64,000 nt of DNA from Octopus sinensis (taxonomy: Eukaryota): contig NC_043003.1 in the NCBI RefSeq assembly GCF_006345805.1, positions 59,954,001-60,018,000 on the forward strand, read 5' to 3'. This document shows positions 39,451 to 53,210 of this stretch, in pieces. The stretch's first letter is position 1. Each line of letters starts with the position of its first letter. The notes beneath the pieces were generated by a model that was not told the DNA's origin, ran no database searches, and saw only the letters and a list, made by a program, of their open reading frames with translations. The position numbers and the translations under genes are program-made.

Positions 39451-40495
39451 TGAAAATTAGTACAGGGTTCCATTTAGTTACTGAGTTCCATTTAAGTTCT
39501 GGGTTCCACTTTAATCCGAGACCCCATCATAGCTGCCGTCCAATGAATGAAACAAGAGAGACAAATGATAAAAGATTGTTGCAAACAATTTATTCATCCT
39601 TCATGATTGATCTAATAACTGACCTTCAACTTGTATGTTGAGGTACACCTGCATCCCTAATATAGCACGCAGGTGTTTTGCGAGATTTTGAACGAGAACA
39701 TGTCAGGATGGGTAGAAAACCTGAACACTTTTAATGTACCACAATTCTACCTGTGTGTAATTCCTTTGTGGAAAATTACAATGCGCATTCCCAAGTTTTT
39801 ATATAGTAAATATGTTAAAAAGCTGTCCAAGTGAACTGTTCATAGAAAAATTCGGAAAAGCGTGGATCTATTTTATTCAGGTTTATTTTACTTTATGATA
39901 ATAACTTCATAATATACAGAAGCGAAAATCACACTTTAGCAGCAAGGTACATGAAACGTTGCATAGATAGACACAATTTATAGAAGGTAATTAAAAGCTA
40001 TAAAATCTCGTCTGATATTTTCCACAAACCTTGATAATATCGGTTATAGCCTCTAGTGTTCAAAAGATGACAACGTATGTTGTCGCACATAATTCTGAGA
40101 ACTGATAGATGGGAATAGATCTAAATATACATTGGAATGATGTCAGTGAGTTGGTCATACACTGAAAGTGCACAAAAAAAGAATTTTAATCTTTAATAGA
40201 AAATACAACAATTCGAAAATAAAATTTAAATGATTTTAACGAGATTGAGAAGGAGTGTGTATATCATTTGCAGTGTCTATGGTTTTTTTTTTTCGTCATT
40301 ATAACACTTCATCAGTTCATTCATTTCTTCTTCACTTTAATTACAAGATGTTCATAAGTTTTCTTAATGCAGAATCTTACAGTAACAGAATCGATCGCAA
40401 GTAACAAAAAAAAAAAAGCATTCTGATAATGATTACCGCAGTGGTAGAGACGACGATGATGAGAATGATGATGATGATGATGATGATTATGATGA

Positions 40496-40528
<33 letters not shown>

Positions 40529-40650
40529 TATAGTGGTCGTAATGCGGTACGGTAGCGAGAGCTGATGAATTAACGCCAAGTTACACACCCATTTACGTTG
40601 ACAGCATTTAACTAGTCTAGTCTAATATTCACTGAGCTTAAGTATGTATG

Positions 40651-40704
<54 letters not shown>

Positions 40705-40789
40705 AATATAAATTGAATAGCAATTTAAAATGTACGAAGTGGACAGACGCATTCGCGCAGGCATATGTATGTAGGTAAATAGAAAGATG

Positions 40790-40842
<53 letters not shown>

Positions 40843-41342
40843 TTTCTATATATATATATATATTATATATATATATACAATCTGTGCATGTGTGTGTTTG
40901 TGTAATTGCATCGTTGAGAAGAGAAGTAAATATTTTTCATCTAAATTACATAAATCGATTGCTATATCATTATTTTTTTTAATCAAGTCTGATGAATTCT
41001 TTTGAACAAGTAGAGCAAAATTATTTCAAAACTCCATTACCAGCCACACCACATACATTGCATCCCAATCATGGTCATCAGCGTCGTGTATCACCATTAT
41101 CATCTCATAATACATTCATCCGTGTGTGTGTGTGAATGTGTACGAGTGTGTGTGACTGTGAGTGTGTGTGTGTGTGTGTGTGAATATGCTTATGTGCGTA
41201 TCGGTCTATGCTTATATAACTAATTACTTATATTGCTCAGATATACATATGCCGATCAATCAATGCATATATTACATGAAAAGTATTCTCTCAAACATTA
41301 AGCTTTCATGCATTAGTCTCTCCCCGCTTCGCTTTCACTCTT

Positions 41343-41389
<47 letters not shown>

Positions 41390-41691
41390 GCATATATATA
41401 TACACACATACATATATTTATTTAATCATATATATTTATATACATATATATATATATATATAGATATATATAAATGTGTGTGAGCGTTTGTATATATATA
41501 TTATACATGCATCTATATCTGTGCATATATATATATATATATTTAGACATATACATATTAATAGGTATACAAACATACATAGGTACATACATACATATAT
41601 ATAAATATATAAATATATATATATATGTATATATATTTACTTATGTATATATACATATCTATATATTGATATATAGATATGTATAAATATG

Positions 41692-41752
<61 letters not shown>

Positions 41753-41784
41753 GAATATATATACGTATATGCACACATACACAG

Positions 41785-41887
<103 letters not shown>

Positions 41888-42274
41888 GATACATATATCA
41901 TATGAATATATATACATCAGACATGCATTATATTATGTCTATATCTCTAGCGCACACACAAAACACACACACAAACACACACATGGACATATATATTACA
42001 TAGATATATATATTTTTAAAAAATTGATTTCGCATGAAAAGAAACCGACATGAAGTAAAACAGTTAACTCCTCACTTTGGATAATACCAAGTAATCAAGA
42101 AGATATAAGACAGGCTGGAATGAAACTTGGAACTATAATGACGAAATTAAGACTTTGTCTATATTAAAAACCAAATCATCTAATGCAATGCTTTTGGAAC
42201 TGATAATCAGTACTACGGATAATGATGATTCATTGTATTTGTTATCACTATGTTACACGCACACACTTACACAC

Positions 42275-42382
<108 letters not shown>

Positions 42383-42402
42383 TTGAAATTTACAGAAAAT
42401 CA

Positions 42403-42566
42403 AAAGACGAAGACAGGTGTATAGACAACAAGCAGGTGTATTAGTTTGATGCTCGGGCAAATGAGAAAGTCTTTTCCGTTTCGAGCCTACGCTCTTCAAC
42501 TGAAAGGAACACGAGAAAATAAACAAAGAATTAAAGATATTTTGTGTTAGCGGTCAATCATAGTGG

Positions 42567-42568
<2 letters not shown>
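42403..42568 (-). mobile_element. Probable Penelope-like element terminal remnant with decayed hammerhead-like core
   Basis: Minus strand 42502-42478 reads CAGUUGA-A-GAGC-GUAG-GCUC-GAAAC, the layout of minimal PLE hammerheads. Family assignment is inference. Confidence 0.4.
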
Positions 42569-42602
<34 letters not shown>

Positions 42603-42604
<2 letters not shown>

Positions 42605-42752
42605 CGCAGAAGTGGCTCTGTGGCAAGTAGCTTGCTTACCAACCACATTGTTCCGTGTTCAGTGGCACCTTGAGCAAGTGTCTTCTACTAAAGCCTCGGG
42701 CCGTCGAAATCTTTGTGAGTGGATTTGGTAGACGGAAACTGAAAGCAGCCGG

Positions 42753-42755
<3 letters not shown>
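42603..42755 (+). mobile_element. Family A SINE, 5' half
   Basis: ggcgcagaagtggctctgtggcaagtagcttgcttaccaaccac...gcctcgggccg...gtgagtggatttggtagacggaaactgaaag, ending in (TA)n. Confidence 0.85.
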
Positions 42756-42816
<61 letters not shown>

Positions 42817-44014
42817 AATCTCTCTATCTCTATCTCTCTCCATATATATACATTACTTAGATAGACCGACAGACAGGTAGATAAATAGATGGATATATAT
42901 ATATATAGAGAGAGAGAGATAGATAGATAGATAGATAGATAGATAAACAGAAAATGACCAATTTGAAAGGAGATTAAAATATCACAGGTATCAATGGTCT
43001 GATGAGAGGTAGATTCGAACCACCTATCTTATGAATGCAAGACTTCATAAGCAGTCATACTGTTCATTTAGAGGATTTTTTAAGAGGGAAAGGATGCGAT
43101 TTAACTGAATTGTCACTGATGTTTGCCTAGCTCTTACAACGTCCATTCAGAGCTTCCAACATTCATTTGCTTTTGTTATTCTACAGTAAACCATGTCTGT
43201 TTAGAGGAGTGTAAACGGGGAAGCTCATATACGGTAGCAAAATGCTAAGATTGAGTGTTATGTTAATGAAATATTGCATTTCGATTCCGAGATAACTTTA
43301 GTTATGAGCTGTAGTGTTCTTTGTGGCCCTTATCTTTCATAAATGTTGTGTGTGTGTGTGTGTCTGTATCTGAAGGTGTGTGTATGTATGCCTACACTTA
43401 CAATCATACATGCATAAATGCATACATACGAACGTACGTACATACATACATACACGCATACATACATAAATATACGTGTACGCATTTGTCAACAGTATAT
43501 ATTTATTAGTTTATGTATATGCATATTTACATGAGACTTCGTGATTACTGACAAAAATTCACACACACGCACACACATCAACATAATTACACACTCATGC
43601 ATGTACTTTATAGATATTAAATATGCGTGCAAGAAAAATGGAGAGTGAGAGGTGGGTAGAAAGGTAAAGGAATAGAATTAAGAGAGCTAAAGTAAGATGT
43701 GTGTGTGTGTGTGTGTATTTGTGTGTACGTGTGTACATGCAGGTATACATATGTACACACACATGTACACACACATATAGATATACAATTATATATATTA
43801 TGTATATATACATATATATATATGTGTCTGTGTATATATATACAAAGAAAGAGAGTGAGAGAGAAAGAGGAGAGAGAAGAGAGAGAGAGAGAGAGAAAGA
43901 GGAAAGAGAGAAGAGTGAGAGAGAGATTCTGATATAAATTATTACATACTTAGATTAACATTCCTTTAAATAAATGTCCCTTTTTAAAGAAGTTTTTATA
44001 ATGAAATACACGCG

Positions 44015-44124
<110 letters not shown>

Positions 44125-45667
44125 ATATATATATATATATCTGTTTGTGTATATATATATATCTGTGTATACATATATATTTATATATGTATATATATAT
44201 GTATATACACACAAACATATATATATATATATAGATATAGATATATATAGATAGATATAGATATAGACATATAGATATAGATATATGTATATACAAAACA
44301 TATATATATATATATATATGCTTCTCTCTGCCTTTTCATGTATGCGAGTTTGCGTTTGTGTCTCTATGTGTGTAAGTTTTCTTGTTTGTTTTCTCTCTCT
44401 CTTCTCTATTTGTAATTTAGCAGAAGTATGGACATGAAAGAATAACTGTATACATATATATTTATAGATATGGTTCACATATAGTTCACGCAGTTTATCA
44501 CATAGATCAGGTCAAAGATACAAAACATATGAAAGATCATACTGACTTAGCATGCGCTGGTGTTAAGACATAAAAATGGAAATAAAAGAATATAAATAAA
44601 TAGATATAGAACTAAATAAATAAATGAAGAAATAGCAATAAAGTTTAAAATTGTAAGTGTCGTCATTCGCATTTTACAGAGTACTGAAAACTAGCCTCAG
44701 GGTATAATCTTTCAATATTGTCGAAAGAAAGTCAGCTAGCGGAAACAATAATTTTCGATGACATATTTTTCTCATAAAATACGTGCAAGCAGCGATGTTT
44801 AATATTACTGCTATAGTGATGGGCAGGAAGATATTCTATAAAGAAATGTAAACATCTTTGACAAGTTACGCCTCAATTTCTGAGAAGTAGCCATGTTTAT
44901 GACTAGTTCTCCTGGTTGCTAACGCTATACGTCTCCACGAAAGGATTATATCTAATAAAGATTATTGATAAAAATTAGAGAGATTTCACTTTTCATACAA
45001 ATCAAATATTCCAATAGTGTTTCTTGCTATTCTCTTGGAAAGCAGCGATTTGGAATAATGGTTGAACGAACGTTCTTTCCACACAAAAATCCGTTTAAAT
45101 TATTAGGTGGGAGTTGAGTGCATAAAATAACACGTATTTTTTAAAAATATATTTTATATTACTTTATTTAATGTTTTATTTTCTTTTAAAAAATTAAGAA
45201 AAAGGAAAGGAATAAAACTTTGGTACCATTAAATTTTTGAAAATGAGTCAATTTCTGATTTAAAATCTATTACCTAAGACATCTGGCCTGAGATTTCGAT
45301 TTGATTTTAAGATTTAGCAGTGTTAAGTAATTTTTTTGATTATGACTTTAAATTTCCATTCGTTACTAGGGAATAGTTATCATGTCGATGTAGATGCAAT
45401 GAGAACCTTCTTTATCTTGTTTATTTCTGTTTGTTTAGCATAGAACTCTTGCTATATCCTAAAATGTTTGATTGTCTTTATTTAAGTAATCTTCAGATTG
45501 CATCCCAATACGCAACATTCATCCGTAGATGTGTGTGCGTGTGTTCGTGTGTATCTGAGAGAGAGAGAGACAGAGACAGACAGACAGACAAACAGACAGA
45601 GTTAGTATGTGCATGTATATAAGTACATATACACTATGTGTATATAAGTACATATGTATACATTTAA

Positions 45668-45713
<46 letters not shown>

Positions 45714-47720
45714 GTCAATTCATCTCTCTCTCTCTCTCTCCTACTATTTATGCATATATATGAATATAATCAAGTGTGTGTGTGTATGCGTGTGTGTGTG
45801 CGTGTGCATGCGTGTGTGTATGCGTGTGTTGTGTATTTGACTCAAAATATTAATGGGAATTATCGAATCTAAAGTGGTTAATAAAAAACAATTTTTTGAA
45901 AAGTAGAAATGTTTTTTTGTCTCGAGTGTATCCTAGTGACCTTCCCGAATAAATATATTATTAGAATAGTTTACTATCCTAATAAAAAATAAACAATAAT
46001 GTAATTGTTAAACGCGTGAGTTAGAAATAATTAAAGTAACTGATATGTATATCGATAAAAGTCTATATATAATATATAATATTATTTTGATTGTCACAGC
46101 GAGAATTTCGGTTCAAACAATTTTAACAATGGAACAAACCCGAAAGAATAATTGAAATCTTAGAGCTTAATGAAAAACTGTTATTTTGCATTAAAATTCA
46201 TAAGGCATGGAATATTCACGGGTTCCACTAGTGAGATTATTATTCAATACGATTTCATTGGGTAATAGAATTATCAAATGAATTATAATAATTCAATTCT
46301 GATTTAAGTTCAGGTTTTTTCTTCACTCTTCCAGGGTTAGTAAAATAACTTGTACCTGTGCCAATTAAATACCTGTACAATTTCAAATTATTTGTAGCTG
46401 AAACAAGTGAGCGAGCGTCAATGTGGCTGAATCGCCAGTTAAAGACAGTAGTCAAGGCTTCCTCACATTTTTTCCAATCGCCTCCGAAAGTGGAAGAGTA
46501 TATTTGATAACATGCTCCCACACATATCTGAGGATTGCCAATACTGGAATGTCTTTGACCATTAGTCTGCTTACTCAAGATTGATCTGCGGTTAAACGGC
46601 AATTGCAGCAACAGCTTTGTAGCTCTATGCTAATGTATGAAAACGAAATTTAATAGGAAAATAAAATAAATGAAAGATCAGGGATGTAAAATTATGATTG
46701 CATTGAAGGACGGTGTAGTATCGTTAAATCTGAAATAGTATTGTTGATCAAATTATTGATGGTCTTTGTAAAAACACAATATAAGACTACAATTGGCATT
46801 TGCTCTATATTTCTAGCGAATTCGCAAATACTTGGAGAAGCAGTTGCTTATTAGAACCATGTAATGAAAATAAATAATTTTAAAAAGGTAACCGACAAGA
46901 TTACAGAGAAAAGTGTTACCGATAGACACAGTCTCTTCTCTTAGTAATATCGATAAGACTGTACATAAGTTTCAGAGTACATGAGACACGGGTAGCTTTA
47001 AGAGAATCATGTCTCTTCTAAGAGAAGAAATTTTTCCAAAATAGATTACGAAAGCTATGGTAAGATTATCGTGCTCGGATCAATTATCCAAGACTGAAAG
47101 TGTCTCCTCAAAGTCTATGAATCTTTGGTAAACATGTAAATGCTATTTTTTGTTTGTTTTTATTTTACATGGAAACAGAACCAAAGAAACAACAACAATA
47201 CATAGCTATTTTGCTTTTTGATGCTGTTGCTCTTATAACGATGCTGATGATATTGTAATTGGGGTACTAAATCATCAGAGACAAATGCAAGACTTTATCT
47301 TCAACAATCTCAGCTCATTCGTTTTAGCTTTCGTTATTTTGATAGAATAGTATCATGTATGTAGAAGAGACGTACCTCTCAAAATGAAGACTACATGATC
47401 ATTACGTTCTGGAAGTGGCCATCAAATCGATATAAATGCTATTATTTTCACTGCAAGTTTTCTTCCTCACAACCAAAGTGACAACACCATTTCTTTCAAG
47501 AGAAACATTCTTAATTCTTCTAGGATCTGTCCTATATTAATAACAAGCCATTAAATTCAAGACTACGGCCATCATAGTAATGAAAGCAAGGTCAGTCACG
47601 TGAAAGAGTGAGGATGGTTTTTTTAATAACAAAATAGCAAGTTTAAAAATGTAGGCTTCACACCATTAACGACGCTCTATAATATTTAACAATGTGTTGG
47701 GTAACCAATGTAGACTTTAT

Positions 47721-48023
47721 CATGGCACAGTGGTTAGAACATCGGGTTCGCAATCATGTGGTAGTGTGTTCTATTCCCGGACCGGGTTGTGTTGTGTTCT
47801 TGAGCGAGACACTTTATTTTACATTGTTCCAGTACACTTAAACTGTAGAAATGAGTTGCAACGTCATTGGTGCCAAAAGGTATTAGCCTTTGTCTTTCTC
47901 TAGGCTGATATGCGTGGGCGACTGCTGATCTTCCATAAACAATCTTGGCCAGACTTGTACCTCAGAGGGGAACTTTCTAGGTACAATCGCATGGCCATTC
48001 CTGACTGAAGGGGTTCTTTACCC
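47721..48023 (+). mobile_element. tRNA-derived SINE (family C)
   Basis: A-box TGGCACAGTGG, B-box-like gttctattccc, then cggaccgggttgtgttgtgttcttgagcgagacactttattt... up to gaaggggttctttaccc. Confidence 0.7.
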
Positions 48024-50281
48024 GAGTGTGTCAAAAGTGAAGCATGCTGGCAGACCCCATCACCTCGTAGACTGTCGAATATAAGCGATATCTTTACCAT
48101 GTATCTGATATTTTAGTAAGTTCAAGAAGTGACGGAATTTAAATGATATTCCCAGAAATCGAATCTACATCACAGATTGTCTTCCCTCACATTCTGCAAC
48201 CGTACACGTCATTCAATAAATAAATAAATAGATAAATAAATAAATATAATTGAATATATAAATAAATTCGTCTGATGATCATTTTTATTTTAAATGTTAG
48301 GCCTGCGTGAGATTTTCTATTATTTGGTATTTAATAGATTTAATAGAATTGACTGCTAGTGTGGCAGATTAATGTCACAGATCATTAGGTTTGACCAACG
48401 ACTAAGTCTAAATATATAGCTGAGAATGTATTTGAATATTGCGATAATTGATGGAGAAAAATACAGGCTAATAACAATCACTAAATAATTAGAACATTGC
48501 AATGGTTGTGATACATGTCTGACAACTAGAGAGAGAATAAGAAGGGGAAAGAGAGAGGCAGTGAGAGGTACAAAGAGAGATTTGAAAACCTGTAAAGTCA
48601 CTGAATTATTAATACAACGCTGAGACATTTACTAAGATGCTGTAGAGAAAGATTTTGATAATAAAATGCTGATTAGTAAAATATTCACTTTTGAGACATT
48701 GCAATTACAATAGTGATATTTCTAAGCCACTGAACATCAAAAGACTACCTCAAGAGACGATGCTTTAATAAACTGACGAATAGCATACGGATCGAGCAAT
48801 AAGAGTGGAGGTGGGGGGTCTTAACTGTTGGAGAGTAATATAGAATCTTTATTCATTGTATACTTTAATTACCATAAGCACACACACACACATACACACA
48901 CATACACACACTCAAGCACGCCATAATCGTTATTCTACTAATTAGCATATATTTCTAAACTAAATTAATTCTATTCAATTATTGCAATAACATTACAAGC
49001 TCCAGTAATCGAAGCTCTGAACTCTGTAAATCCCTCCAGTAAACAACAAGAAATATGTTAGACAAATAAATCACCTGTTTCCAGCAATAGTTTAAACAAC
49101 GTTTAATCAAGTAAATATTCAACATTGTTAAAGCGGTTTTCCCCAGTTTCCTGACCTTATAAATATTATAGGAAGGAAGAGAATATAATTTTGATTTTAT
49201 GTCAATGCTATCATAGAAAATGTCAATTCATGAATTAGATAATCTAATAGAAACTGAACCTCTTATTTTATTTAGTAATGTTTTGTGACCAGAAGAGAAT
49301 GAAATAACCCACCATCCCCCTGCACTTTCTAAAACATAATTTAGAAATATCTAGTTATAAATTTAAATAATTTGAACACATTTAATGGGGTTATGCGAAA
49401 CCTCTCTTCCCTGTATAACTGGTTGTATGATTGTTTATACATATATTTGAATACATCATTATGGAAATTAGATTCTTGCTCTCTTTTTACTTTCATTCTT
49501 CCTCTCTTTCATTATTCCATTCTTCAAGGATAACTAAAAACAATAATAAATAAATAAATAAAAGCGGGAAGCCATAAATCTCAGTTTTTCTTATTTCTAC
49601 TCGTCCACCTATACCAACTTTTTCCTTCATTTCTTTTTCTCTTTTTTTCTTCTTTAATTTCTAGGCTTGTTGGTTATTTGTTGTAAGATAGGAAATATTA
49701 GGACATTTAGCTGCTGTCAACAACTGCTAGTATTATTTGTGTTTATTATGGAGGGTCGGGGGTCGTAAATGGGGGAGGAGAAGAGAATAACAGAAAATTA
49801 GCAACATCAAGGTGGGCGTTTCAACTCTATTCTTCCTATCTGTCTGACCTATTTCTAACACACATTATCTTATTATTTTTTATCTTTTCTCAAGTTAATC
49901 ACAGTTACTAAAAGTCGTGGCAAAATCCACACTAACATCCACTCATTTCTTTCCCTAATTTTCTTATATCGTTCTTACTTCTATTCATAAATTTATCCTC
50001 TCATTCACATTCCCTTTCTCTCCCTTTCTCTCCCATTCTCTCCCTTACATACTTTCTCTATTTCTTTGTCACACTGCTTTTTTTTTTCACGCAGATTTCT
50101 TCCCGTTCTTTTCTTTTTTATCTCCTGATTTCTCTATTTCCCCGTTCCTCTTTTACTCATTTGTTCAAATTCCTTTCATTGTGCACCTGTTTATGTCACA
50201 TTTGAAGTAAAGACGTGGAAAATATAATCAGCAGCGGCATTAAGAGCATAAATAAATAAGCAGACACTGACAAGAAATATA

Positions 50282-50990
50282 CTGATACCTCACAGTACGA
50301 GCTTAATTCGTTCCATGACCGAGCGCGTCTTACGATTTACTCGTTATACAAATCAATTTTCCACATTGAAATTATCTAAAATATAATTAATCCGTTCCAG
50401 CCTCCCAAAACAACTCCAAAATAATTTTTTATGGGTTTTAAAACAGGAAAGGTGTAGTTACGAGTAAAATGACACTTATAAAAAAGGGAATACATAGCTT
50501 GCTTACCAACCATAAGGTTCCGGGTGTATGGTACCTTGGGCAATTGTCTTCTACTATAGCCTCGGGCCGACCAAAGCCTTGTGAGTGGATTTGGTAGACA
50601 GAAACTGAAAGAAGCCCGTCGTATATATGTATAGGTGTGTATATGTTTGTGTGTCTGTGTTTGTCCCCCCAACATCGCTTGACAACCGATGGTGGTGTGT
50701 TTACGTCCTCCGTAACTTAGCAGTTCGGCAAAAGAGACCTATAGAATAAGTACTATGCTTTCAAAGAATAAGTCCTGGGGCCAATTTACTCTACGAAAGG
50801 CGCTGCTCCAGTATGACCGCAGTCAAATGACTGAAACAAGTAAAGAGAGAGTAAACTGGTTTTATTTACTGAATTACCTTAAGGTTGGACGATTTGTGTG
50901 CTCGTACTTCTAGACAAAAATTCGCACGAGTCTCGGCTCGTACAACATATTACTCGTACAATTTTGCACTCGTACTGCGAAGTTCTACTG
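50282..50990. mobile_element. Non-autonomous Tc1/mariner (pogo/Tigger-like) MITE interrupted by a SINE
   Basis: Left end ta-c-tgatacctcacagtacgag; right end (reverse complement) ta-cagtagaacttcgcagtacgag. 14/19 identity over the inner TIR, TA dinucleotides at 50280-50281 and 50991-50992, and four sub-terminal CTCGTAC repeats near the right end. No transposase ORF. Confidence 0.65.
50495..50855 (+). mobile_element. Family A SINE lacking the A-box, nested in a MITE
   Basis: tagcttgcttaccaacca...ccttgggcaa...gcctcgggccgaccaaagccttgtgagtggatttggtagac...gaccgcagtcaaatgactgaaacaagtaaa. Confidence 0.88.
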
Positions 50991-51032
50991 TATATAGTGA
51001 CGTATGGCCTTGTACCTTTAGTAGAAAGGATA

Positions 51033-51400
51033 AAGGCTGCAAGCTGGCAGAATCGTTAGCACGCCGGGCGAAATGCGTAGCCGTATTTCGTCTGCCGTTA
51101 CGTTCTGAGTTCATATCCGCCGAGGTCGACTTTGCCTTTCAGCCTTTCGGGATCGATAAATTAAGTACCAGTTACGCACTGGGGTCGATATAATCGACTT
51201 AATCCGTTTGTCTGTCCTTGTTTGTCCCCTCTGTGTTTAGCCCCTTGTGGGTAGTAAAGAAATAGGTATTTCGTCTGTCTTTACGTTCTGAGTTCAAATT
51301 CCACTGAGGTCGACTTTTCCTTTCAGGGGTCGATAAATTAAGAACTAGTTGCGTACTGTGGTCGATGCACTCGACTGGCCCCCTCCCGCCAAATTTAAAT
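51033..51400 (+). mobile_element. Family B SINE, internally duplicated (dimer-like) copy
   Basis: Head aaggctgcaagctggcagaatcgttagcacgccgggcg. The block cgttctgagttca..tcc..gaggtcgactt..ccttt..ggtcgataaattaag..ccagtt.cg.actg.ggtcgat occurs twice (~51101 and ~51284), separated by a linker. Confidence 0.85.
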
Positions 51401-53168
51401 ACCTATAAAGAGTATGAAATAAATTTAGTATAGAAATGAGGAGACGAGAAGGAAACGGAATATCAGAAACGAAACATACGTAGTTCTTTTCGTTTTCAAC
51501 TGTTTTCTGTTATACCCCCCGTTTATCTCCCCTTAACTCTTATTTTGTTTTCTGGAGTCTATTATATAAAGATCCCAGCAGAGTTAAGGTGGAACCTTTT
51601 TAACGTATTATTGCTAAAACGAGAGGTTAAGATTTGAATGAGATCAACCTCTTATAATGATAGATATTCATTATCAATCACAATTGAACAATGGAAACAA
51701 AAAGGCGCTAAAGCAAATAACTCTGAGATGGTAGTGGCTTTTATTTGAAAAAATATGCAGGTATATCAAATTCCATAAGGCATAATGTCTTGACTTATTA
51801 AAAATCTCCGCCTCTAGAGGATGTACTATAATTACCAAATATCAATTAAGACCAGCAATTATTGAAAAGGGGAGACCAGGATTACACTCAACTATACTGA
51901 TCAGAAATTCTTCGTATTTGCTAACGTTCGATTGCATTCCGGTGAAATTGTAAAAATGGAAAGAAATATAAAAATTTGGAAAAGCTTCTCGATGAATCCT
52001 TAAAGGAAATGCCCTTTGTTACAGTGAAAGGCACACTCTTTAATTGACTTAATGAAGTTAATGATTTACATTGTAATTAGCACCGAATTCAGAGAAATGA
52101 CATTAAATTAATAGTAAGATTTTTTTATAGCGAGAGAGTGTTTAATAGAGGGAAGAAGATTAATTATAATCTCTTAGTTTGGAAAATACAATCTTCATAC
52201 TTATTGAGAAATGTTTTAACTTGTCAAGCCTGGTTTAGTAGCAACAACTACGTAAATTGAAATAGTATACGAAAGCGGAAAAAAAAGTATTCAACGTGAC
52301 TATCTATACGATATTTGAGTAATTGTTAAAAATCACACTTTCAATTAGTTTGGTTAAGAATAACACTGAATAAGTTTGCAAGATATTTTTGTATTTTTTC
52401 ATAACAGACATCCACTTAACCCGACGTTTTATTCATAGATATTCGTTCATACAGTTTCGTGTTACAAGGTTCGACTTAGGTACTAAAATCTACCAAACTA
52501 AATTTAGTTCGGGAGACGATCACCCTCACATTCTTCTTATACTCTGCCTGTCTCTGTCCCTCTCCATCTCACACAGTCTTTTTTTTTTATCGGTTTCACC
52601 TCGAGGTGTAAGTGGAAAAACGTTCAGTTCAAGCAATTGACGGGATATGACTTCAGTAAAGAATCTTTGATTCTTTATCACAGATGCCAATATCTTTTTA
52701 TTCTGCGGCTATTGCATCTGCTATGAATAGATACATTTAATTGTGCACAGTACATGCATACAAATATAAAGGTAACACAGCCATTGCTTTATATACATTA
52801 TAGACAAGGTATTATATATACATTTCTACCAACATACACACACACAAACACACACACATATGTAAGTATATTGCGTGTACCAACATTTTGCATGCAACCA
52901 AGTTCAATATATTGCAAGTACTTATTTAAGTATATATCTATCATGTCGTTCGTTACTTTATTTGTTACTTAAATTTGTTGTCTGTGTAAAAGAAGGAAAC
53001 AACTCTAACAGTCTCCGTTAACTATTAACGCCGTTATATCATTTACCAGTGCTTTCTACACAAACTTTAAATGCAGTGGCTGTTTGAAATACACACATAC
53101 ATCATATATATGTGTATATATATGCGTGTGTGTGTGTGTTTGTGTGCGTGCGTGTGTTTATGAGTGTG

Positions 53169-53210
<42 letters not shown>

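Noticed and set aside
46255-46611. 118-aa minus-strand ORF
   Set aside because: Overlaps a decayed SINE remnant (~46290-46380) and shows no protein motif.
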